Shown: piece after piece, positions 16,851-23,985 of the stretch
Position numbering within the stretch: the stretch's first letter is position 1
Layout of the letters: every line of letters starts with the position of its first letter
DNA from: a virus
Lineage: Duplodnaviria > Caudoviricetes
IMG/VR virus record: IMGVR_UViG_3300025016_000027
Span: 1-27,142 of that record
Direction: 5' to 3' (one strand)
DNA: 27,142 nt
The notes under the pieces: model-generated
The model's database searches: none
The model's input: the letters and a program-made list of their open reading frames with translations, nothing else
Told to the model about the DNA's origin: nothing
Position numbers and translations under genes: made by a program

Positions 16851-18611
16851 ATGTTCTTATCAGACTTATTTACTGTAAAATCTGCGCCTCCGCAAGGTAA
16901 GTTTGTATGGGAAGATTTTGAGGACTTACCAATGGAGGCAAGATTATCGTTAGCTGAGGCTTGGCTTAGTGGAAGTTCTTCTACTTTACTGGAGTCAAAT
17001 GATCCCACCAATAATGATTATTTTTTAAATATGGTTTCAGACTCCCCGAAGCTTGGTAAAAAATATATAGTGACTCTGTTGGCATTAGTAAATAATCGTG
17101 TTGTTGTTCTCCATCAACCAGAAATAGGCAAAGTTATCAAAAAAATATCTGACGCATTTACTATAGAGTTTGCCCCAGAAAAATCAGTAAACTTTCCGTA
17201 TGATTCTGTTAAAAATGAAACGACCGTTAAAACATTTTTCTTTAAGAGTACCTTAACATTTAACGAGTTTAGATCACAACTTAAAATGAAGTTTGATACA
17301 GATATTCAACCCAGTAAATCAAGTGTTAACGAAGCAACAAAACTTTCTACCAAAGAAAGAATATTACGCCCAGGGGTCAAAGTAGGTGACACAGTATTGG
17401 TTAAAGCACCGGGGTATGAATATGTTGTCAGAACTGCCAAGTTTCTTCGTATTGGACCATCAGGGTTAGCTACAGTTAAACTCAGTGCCCCATTGGGTGA
17501 TAACTCAAATGTCCCCGATTATTTTAAGGGTGCGACCACTCTTGCAGTGCCACCATCTTGGCTTCATTCTGATGTTGATTCAGCTTGGCCCAAACCCGAG
17601 TGGCTGAAAAGAAAAGAGCAGCAACAAGAATCGCTGCATTATGTTAGTCTATCTGGCAATCAAGTAACGGAATATTGCAAAAATCTAGGAAGATCACTTA
17701 AAGAATCAGGTGTCACGCATTGGAGAGATTACGACTGGAGAGGGTTAAAATATCATTGTGCCAATGTCATAACAGAATCGCAGCATCCAGCATTTCAAAA
17801 TTCAAAACAATTCGTAGACAGATTTAAATCATTAGATCAATTCTCAAATCTGAAAATACAGGTTGGAAGTAAAGTGGCTATTCTAATGCTAACTATGAGT
17901 TTTGATCGTGCCGAACTGTCTGGGTTCAAAACTCCTAAAACTATAACTAAGATTTATAGAGAGCCAACTGAAAATAATATTACTCAATTTGAGTTTAACA
18001 ATGATCCGGATGATGTTTGGCCGCGCCAAGAGTTAGCATCATACAGTGGGGAATTTATAATACACTCATGCTTCTTTGGTTCGTCAACTGATTTAGAGCA
18101 TGCAATTACTATGCTGCTGGTTGGGGCAGGTCCTGATTTAACAGTATCGGTAGATCTTCAAGAAAGTAAAAACAAAATGAAATCATCAGAATTCATTCAA
18201 GAAGCAAAAGGACTGAAAAAGAAAGTTCGAATAGTCAAAGGTCCAAAAGAAGCAGTTGGCAAAGTAGGATACATTGGTGAAGTTAGGCACGGTATGTTTA
18301 AAGGTGCCCCAAAAACTTACACTGTAGATTATGATGATGGCACAGGAAATATTACCTCCATTCAGTTGCCTGCATCATCGTTACGATTGGTTAAAACAGA
18401 AGAAATGACAGAAAGCAAAGCCCCTACCGCAAAGCAAGTAGAAGCAGCAAAAGAAAAATATGAACTCTATGGTTTGAAGATAGAAAATGCTAAGAAAAAG
18501 GCTGGATATGCTCGTGGCACTGGCACGGTTGGCGATTCGCAGCGTAAGAAGGGTGAAGCATACACTAAGTATTTAGAGTTGAAAAAAGCATTTGATTCAA
18601 ACCAAAAATAA
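16851..18611 (+). CDS. modular hypothetical protein with two copies of a repeated domain and KOW/SH3-like modules
   Basis: 586-aa ORF; VKVGDTVLV and KKVRIVKGP....GKVGYI segments look KOW/SH3-like; shares a domain with 11701..14073. Confidence 0.8.
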   Translation: MFLSDLFTVKSAPPQGKFVWEDFEDLPMEARLSLAEAWLSGSSSTLLESNDPTNNDYFLNMVSDSPKLGKKYIVTLLALVNNRVVVLHQPEIGKVIKKISDAFTIEFAPEKSVNFPYDSVKNETTVKTFFFKSTLTFNEFRSQLKMKFDTDIQPSKSSVNEATKLSTKERILRPGVKVGDTVLVKAPGYEYVVRTAKFLRIGPSGLATVKLSAPLGDNSNVPDYFKGATTLAVPPSWLHSDVDSAWPKPEWLKRKEQQQESLHYVSLSGNQVTEYCKNLGRSLKESGVTHWRDYDWRGLKYHCANVITESQHPAFQNSKQFVDRFKSLDQFSNLKIQVGSKVAILMLTMSFDRAELSGFKTPKTITKIYREPTENNITQFEFNNDPDDVWPRQELASYSGEFIIHSCFFGSSTDLEHAITMLLVGAGPDLTVSVDLQESKNKMKSSEFIQEAKGLKKKVRIVKGPKEAVGKVGYIGEVRHGMFKGAPKTYTVDYDDGTGNITSIQLPASSLRLVKTEEMTESKAPTAKQVEAAKEKYELYGLKIENAKKKAGYARGTGTVGDSQRKKGEAYTKYLELKKAFDSNQK

Positions 18612-19036
18612 TGTTAGTTAAAGAAATATTGTCAGAATCCTCCATTTTTGGGAGAAACAAAAATAAAGTCTACTCATTACTTCTCAACACTGTTGATGCT
18701 GGGCCATTTGATGGTGGGTGTGTAGTTGTAGCGCAGGCCCTGCAAATGGTGTATGGTGGCGAAATTGTAGTATTAGTTGGCTCTCCAAGAAAAGAGTTGT
18801 CATGTCACAATGAAGCCCAACATGCTGCAGTATCTTTGAATGGCATGCTAATAGACGGCGATGGCCCACTTCCCCCAAAACAGTTTATTGAGCGATTTGT
18901 TCGCAATGAACTGGAATTTGCTGGTGGAGTCATTACTGGTGTCAGACCGATTCAGCCCGGAGATTTAAAAGAAGCACCTCGTGACGAGGATTTGGCTAAA
19001 AAAATCGCAGCATTACTAAAGCCAGTTAAATACTAA
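18611..19036 (+). CDS. hypothetical protein with a possible papain/transglutaminase-like Cys-His-Asp triad
   Basis: DGGCVVVAQAL ... QHAAV ... LIDGDG. Confidence 0.6.
   Translation: MLVKEILSESSIFGRNKNKVYSLLLNTVDAGPFDGGCVVVAQALQMVYGGEIVVLVGSPRKELSCHNEAQHAAVSLNGMLIDGDGPLPPKQFIERFVRNELEFAGGVITGVRPIQPGDLKEAPRDEDLAKKIAALLKPVKY
19027..19032 (+). promoter_or_regulatory. late promoter core TAAATA directly upstream of the structured RNA
   Basis: GTTAAATA overlaps the end of the preceding gene. Confidence 0.45.
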
Positions 19037-19038
19037 AC

Positions 19039-19140
19039 AACGCTTAGGACCGTGGTAGTTACTACCATGCAAGGCGTCGGGTGGCTACTACCCTGGGACG
19101 GCCGATTCGCTACCGGAATCCCTAAAGTGTAGCACTTTAT
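19039..19140 (+). ncRNA. putative structured non-coding RNA (family not recognised)
   Basis: GC-rich intergenic island with four hairpins and complementary loop sequences (GCTAC/GTAGC). Confidence 0.6.
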
Positions 19141-19153
19141 TCACTCATATCTG

Positions 19154-19182
19154 TTGCTTTTGCGTAACGATTCATCTAAAAT
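19154..19182 (+). promoter_or_regulatory. sigma70-type promoter
   Basis: TTGCTT-17 nt-TAAAAT, followed by an AAGGA SD and the ATG at 19203. Confidence 0.6.
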
Positions 19183-19202
19183 ACTATTTTAAGGAAAAAT
19201 AT

Positions 19203-19463
19203 ATGGCGTCAAAAATGTTCAGTGCTGATCAGAAGGCGAAGTTAAATCAACTGTTCAATGAGGGTGTTGCGACAATGCAAGAATGTGAAGATTTGATGGG
19301 CGGGCTGTCAGACACTATTGCTGCTGTAGCGGAAGAGTTAGAGGTGAAACCAGGCATTTTGAAGAAGGCACTCAAAATCGCGCAAAAATCAAAGTGGACA
19401 GACACCAACGCCGATCACGAAACTTTGACTGATATTTTGGAAACTGTTAATCGCACATTGTGA
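19203..19463 (+). CDS. small helical dsDNA-binding protein (T4 DsbA / GapR-like)
   Basis: 86 aa; pattern L.DTIAAVAEELEVKP..LKKALKIA; located upstream of the polymerase. Confidence 0.6.
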   Translation: MASKMFSADQKAKLNQLFNEGVATMQECEDLMGGLSDTIAAVAEELEVKPGILKKALKIAQKSKWTDTNADHETLTDILETVNRTL

Positions 19464-19518
19464 TCCAATTCACTACAGTTTTCACTATCTGTATGTTAAA
19501 ATAGTGAACAAGATGTAA

Positions 19519-19540
19519 GGTCTGCCGGCCACAAGCGGTG
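19519..19540 (+). promoter_or_regulatory. candidate H-type pseudoknot / translational operator in the polymerase leader
   Basis: GGT/GCC stem plus TGCCG/CGGTG pairing, 14 nt before the ATG. Confidence 0.4.
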
Positions 19541-19554
19541 TATAAAGGGTATCT

Positions 19555-21258
19555 ATGAGTTATGTTGACGGTCTATTAGACAAGACTAAGGATAGAGTTT
19601 ACATTGTAGAACGAGACAAAGATGGGAATCGTGTTTACCGTGATTATCCTGTAGAGTATGTGCTGTATTACGACGACCCAAAGGGTAAGCACCAAACAAT
19701 CTACCGCACACCAGTAACCAAGTTTAGCACACAGTCTAACGCAGAGTTCCGTAAGGAGATGAAGATCCACAGTAACAAGAAACTGTGGGAGCAGGACGTC
19801 AACCCAATCTTCCGCTGCTTGGAAAAAAACTATCTTGGGGCAGACGCACCCAATCTGCACCTATGCTTCATAGACATTGAGAGTGACTTTGACGAAGAGA
19901 AGGGATACGCACCCATTGACGACCCGTTCAACGAGATCACTGCTGTGACCGTCTACTTGGCTTGGCTGGATAAGCTGATCACCGTGGCGGTTCCGCCAAA
20001 ATCCTTGACATGGGAGAGTGCTTCTGCTATAGCGGAGCGGTTTGAAGACACATTCCTCTTCCACACCGAGGCCGAAATGCTCGATGCGCTCCTTGACATC
20101 ATCGACGACGCTGATGTCATCTCAGGTTGGAACAGTGAAGGCTACGATATTCCATACACCGTTGGCCGTATTGCTCGTGCGTTGGCCAAGGATGATCTGC
20201 GCCGCCTGTGTCTCTGGAACCAAATGCCCAAGAGGAGAGAGTTCGAACGGTATGGTAAGAAGAGTATGACCTACGATATCGTTGGTCGTGTCCACCTTGA
20301 CTACATGCAGTTATATCGTAAATACACCTACGAGGAGCGTCACAGTTACGCACTGAACGCCATCGGTGAATACGAGCTTGGCGAGCAGAAGATAGAGTAT
20401 GAGGGCACGTTGGATCAGCTTTACAAGCAAGATTTTTACAAGTTCTTAGACTACAACCGTCAAGACGTGCGACTACTAGCTAACCTTGACGCCAAGCTGA
20501 AGTTTATTGACCTAGCTAACGAACTGGCTCACGACAACACCGTGCTACTGCCAACGACGATGGGCGCGGTTGCTATCACAGACCAGGCTATCATCAACGC
20601 TGCTCACAAGCAAGGACTGGTAGTGCCAGGTAAGAAACCATACTCCAAAGAAACTGTAGATATTATGGGGGAGGATGATGACGATGGCAGAGCAGCTGGT
20701 GCGTATGTTGCTCACCCCAAAGTTGGCATGCACAAATACATTGGCGCTATTGACATCAACTCACTGTATCCCTCCACTATCCGTGCGCTGAACATGGGTC
20801 CCGAAACCATTGTCGGACAGATTCGCCCCATCATGACAGATCGCTACATCGCAGAAAAGATGAAAGACCGTCTTGTTGGTAAACGCATGATGAAAGGGCC
20901 AAGTTTTGCGGCTGCTTGGGAAGGATTGTTTGGCAGTTTGGAGTATTCCGCAGTAATGAACATGGAGCGAGGCACAGAGCTTACCATTGATTGGGAAGGT
21001 GTAGAGGAGCCGACGGTCCATACTGCTGACGAGGTTTGGAGGCTTATCTTTGAAAGTGGGCAAAAGTGGATGCTTAGTGCTAACGGCACTATTTTCAGAT
21101 ACGATTTTGAAGGCATTATTCCTGGACTGTTAGCATACTGGTATGCTGAGCGTAAAGTGCTTCAAAAGAAGAAAAAAGAAGCTACTGAGCTTCAATATGG
21201 CATTGAAATATCTGATGAAATGGCATCTGAAATAGCGGATTTTTTGTCCACCATATAA
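19555..21258 (+). CDS. family B DNA polymerase, fragment A (N domain, 3'-5' exonuclease, motif A, first fingers helix)
   Basis: ExoI FIDIE, ExoII GWNSEGYD, ExoIII YNRQD, motif A DINSLYPS, GIIPGLL..WYAERK. Confidence 0.95.
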   Translation: MSYVDGLLDKTKDRVYIVERDKDGNRVYRDYPVEYVLYYDDPKGKHQTIYRTPVTKFSTQSNAEFRKEMKIHSNKKLWEQDVNPIFRCLEKNYLGADAPNLHLCFIDIESDFDEEKGYAPIDDPFNEITAVTVYLAWLDKLITVAVPPKSLTWESASAIAERFEDTFLFHTEAEMLDALLDIIDDADVISGWNSEGYDIPYTVGRIARALAKDDLRRLCLWNQMPKRREFERYGKKSMTYDIVGRVHLDYMQLYRKYTYEERHSYALNAIGEYELGEQKIEYEGTLDQLYKQDFYKFLDYNRQDVRLLANLDAKLKFIDLANELAHDNTVLLPTTMGAVAITDQAIINAAHKQGLVVPGKKPYSKETVDIMGEDDDDGRAAGAYVAHPKVGMHKYIGAIDINSLYPSTIRALNMGPETIVGQIRPIMTDRYIAEKMKDRLVGKRMMKGPSFAAAWEGLFGSLEYSAVMNMERGTELTIDWEGVEEPTVHTADEVWRLIFESGQKWMLSANGTIFRYDFEGIIPGLLAYWYAERKVLQKKKKEATELQYGIEISDEMASEIADFLSTI

Positions 21259-21282
21259 ATTCATTGTATGGAGGGTTATCCA

Positions 21283-21456
21283 ATGATGCTAGATGAAGCA
21301 ATGAATATTTTTAGGCAAACGGGCCGAATTAAAAATACGCGAAGTTTTGACAGACAACAATTTTGTGAACAACACTCTGGTAAAACATTTGCTGATATTG
21401 GGATAAAAGTTATTCCACTTGAGAATTTTGATTATAACAAGGACCGCATGATATGA
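21283..21456 (+). CDS. small hypothetical protein between polymerase fragments A and B
   Basis: GGAGG SD before ATG 21283 (track start 21268); ATGA overlap with fragment B. Confidence 0.55.
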   Translation: MMLDEAMNIFRQTGRIKNTRSFDRQQFCEQHSGKTFADIGIKVIPLENFDYNKDRMI

Positions 21457-22154
21457 TAGATGTCCCAAAAGTAAAGCAACTGATAGCTGATAAAGATAGC
21501 AACGGGCTGGCTAACTATATTAAATTGCACCAGCTAAAGTTAACGAATAACAAAATAACTGCGAATTTAGATCAAATAAAAATTACTGTTGAATACTGGG
21601 ATAAGAAACAGCAGGTAAAAAAAATTGGACTCAACTCCTTATACGGGGCTCTTTTAAATCCAGGCTGTAGGTTCCACGATTTCCGTATCGGGCAATCTAC
21701 TACGCTTACTGGTAGGACTATTGCCAAGCACATGGACTCTTTCGTTAACCAGTGTATCACTGGAAAATATGAGTATGATGGTGAGGCCGTTGTATATGGA
21801 GATACTGACTCTATTTGCGGTAGTTCAATGATTCGAACTACACAAGGCAGTATGACCGTTGAGGAGTTATTTACTCTTGGAAATATCACCTGGGGGGAAG
21901 GCGGTAAAGAATATTCGAGAAATGACAATATTCAGGTTTGTCATTTAAACACTGAGCGTAATGCTGCTGAGTATACAAACTATAACTATGTATATAGGCA
22001 TAAAGTCAGTAAGAAAAAATACAGAGTTACGGATTCCGATGGGCACGAAGTTTTCGTTACTGAAGATCATAGTATTATGGTTGAGCAAGATGGCAAGCTG
22101 ATAAGCAAAAAACCATCTGAGTTAGTAGTAGGTGATGTAGTGATTTCGATATGA
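21453..22154 (+). CDS. family B DNA polymerase, fragment B (motif B, YGDTD) fused to a 114-aa N-intein
   Basis: QQVKKIGLNSLYG, IGQSTTLTGR, VYGDTD then SICGSSMIRT. Confidence 0.92.
   Translation: MIDVPKVKQLIADKDSNGLANYIKLHQLKLTNNKITANLDQIKITVEYWDKKQQVKKIGLNSLYGALLNPGCRFHDFRIGQSTTLTGRTIAKHMDSFVNQCITGKYEYDGEAVVYGDTDSICGSSMIRTTQGSMTVEELFTLGNITWGEGGKEYSRNDNIQVCHLNTERNAAEYTNYNYVYRHKVSKKKYRVTDSDGHEVFVTEDHSIMVEQDGKLISKKPSELVVGDVVISI
21810..22151 (+). mobile_element. split intein N-fragment (Ser1, 114 aa) of the DNA polymerase
   Basis: Block A S.......I......TVEELF, block B VTEDHS, ends ELVVGDVVISI. Confidence 0.9.
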
Positions 22155-23860
22155 CTCCCAATCAACTCAAAAAAGATAATCCTGATTTATATAGCAAAAT
22201 CATCGAATTATATGGTGGTCGCGAAAAAGTATTTGATATAACTGCTGCTATCAATTTGTATTATGCTAATCTGCCAATCCCAGTGTGTGAGATATGTGGA
22301 AAGCAATTATCTATTACAAAAAAATTTAGAGATATTAAATTAGCAGCATTGCCATGTCGTTGTGAATCTCATATTAACACTTCTCAACCAATTACCATTG
22401 ATCAGCTGCATTCAGCAAATAGGTATGGGTATATTATTAGTGCTCTCAATGAGGTAATGTCGTTATCATCAAAAATTACGCTTACTTGCCAAATTCATGG
22501 TGATTTTAAACAGCCAATCTCAAATTTTTTAAAAGGGTATCAATGTCAAAAATGTGCTGCAAGTAGCAGGCCATTGAAAACAGAGGTATCTAGTTGGGTG
22601 AATGAAAACAAGATAACGCATAATAACAAGTATGATTATTCAAAAGTCAATTTCACTAAGTTATCGGATATAGTGACAATTATTTGCCCAATTCACGGGG
22701 AGTTTACCCAATCAGCCGGAGTCCACAAACTAGGTCACGGATGTCAAAAATGTGGTAACGATATGGTTACCGCCAAAAACAGAATTTCAAATGAAGAGTA
22801 TATAGAAAAATGTAAGAAAAAACACGGAGATTTGTATGACTATTCACAAACTAACTACATTAGCATTCTACACAGCAAAGTTAAAATCATCTGCAAAAAG
22901 CACGGTGAATTTTGGCAGCGACCAGGTGATCATTTGAATAACGGAAACGGGTGCCCACAATGTGGAATAGAGAAAACGACCTTTAAATCTGCTGCTGAAT
23001 ATGAAATAATTGAGTGGCTTACTAGTGTTGGAGTTACTAATATTAAGCATTCATGGAGGGGGCTGGGATTTGAATTAGATATTTACTTACCTGACTATAA
23101 AGTGGCAATTGAATACAATGGCATATATTGGCATTCATCTGACGCGATAAGTAAGGACAAGGATATGTCACAACAGCATCTGAATAAAACAATCAAATGT
23201 GAGGAAAATAATATTCAGTTACTGCATATATTAGATGTTGAATGGAATTCCCCAGTTACTAAAGATATTTGGAAATCAACTATTTTGCATAAACTAAAAC
23301 TCACTTCACATAAAATTTATGCGCGGCAATGCAGCATCGTGTTAGTTGGAAATAAAGTAGCGACAAAGTTTTTTACTGAAAATCATTTGCAAGGTGCTGT
23401 TATAGGCAGTTTAAATATTGGGCTATCATATAAGGGGGAGTTAGTATCAGTTGGCAATTTTTCTAAATCAAGATACCGATCTAAGCAGCAGAATGTTTTC
23501 GAAATTTTAAGATTCGCATCTAAGAAATATTATTCAGTCATCGGCGGGTTTAGCAAAATAGTTAAGGAATTTGACACTACCCACCGCGGAACTCTTATAT
23601 CATACGCAAACCGGAGATGGAGTATGGGGAATGTTTATGAACAATCAGGATTTACTCTTGCTTATAAAACTGATCCATGCTATTATTACACTGATGATTG
23701 TAAAACATTATGGCATCGAAGTATCTTCCAAAAGCATAAGTTAAAGGACGCTATTGCAGTATTTGATGAGAACAAAACTGAAGTAGAAAATATGTATGAA
23801 AACAAATATCGCAGAATTTGGGATTGTGGTCAAATAGTGTATGAAAGGATTATCAAATGA
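22151..23860 (+). CDS. free-standing putative homing endonuclease (zinc-ribbon repeats + PD-(D/E)XK/Vsr-like nuclease + Hef-like C-terminal domain)
   Basis: Three CxxHG.F.Q.......G..CxxC repeats with YDYS, ELDIYLPDYKVAIEYNGIYWH, KIYARQC, ENHLQG, ISYANRRWS.G.VY...GF, IWDCG. Confidence 0.82.
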   Translation: MTPNQLKKDNPDLYSKIIELYGGREKVFDITAAINLYYANLPIPVCEICGKQLSITKKFRDIKLAALPCRCESHINTSQPITIDQLHSANRYGYIISALNEVMSLSSKITLTCQIHGDFKQPISNFLKGYQCQKCAASSRPLKTEVSSWVNENKITHNNKYDYSKVNFTKLSDIVTIICPIHGEFTQSAGVHKLGHGCQKCGNDMVTAKNRISNEEYIEKCKKKHGDLYDYSQTNYISILHSKVKIICKKHGEFWQRPGDHLNNGNGCPQCGIEKTTFKSAAEYEIIEWLTSVGVTNIKHSWRGLGFELDIYLPDYKVAIEYNGIYWHSSDAISKDKDMSQQHLNKTIKCEENNIQLLHILDVEWNSPVTKDIWKSTILHKLKLTSHKIYARQCSIVLVGNKVATKFFTENHLQGAVIGSLNIGLSYKGELVSVGNFSKSRYRSKQQNVFEILRFASKKYYSVIGGFSKIVKEFDTTHRGTLISYANRRWSMGNVYEQSGFTLAYKTDPCYYYTDDCKTLWHRSIFQKHKLKDAIAVFDENKTEVENMYENKYRRIWDCGQIVYERIIK

Positions 23861-23985
23861 TTATTAAAAAAACAACTATTCAATCAGTTGAATGTGTCGG
23901 AACTTTTGACGACGAATATGTGTATGACATTGGAGTGAACGCAGACGACCCTTACTTTTTTGCAAACGATTTATTGGTTCACAAC
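23857..23985 (+). mobile_element. split intein C-fragment (43 aa) of the DNA polymerase
   Basis: Block F EYVYDIGV, terminal FFANDLLVHN, Ser+1. Confidence 0.92.

Noticed and set aside
19039-19140. tRNA or known riboswitch
   Set aside because: No cloverleaf, T-loop or CCA context, and no motif I can confidently assign; kept as an unknown RNA.
21181-21590. A second intein at the polymerase A/B break
   Set aside because: No block A start and no HN-[CST] terminus. The faint similarity of IEISDEM to the ClpA IntN tail IQMSNDM is too short to support anything.
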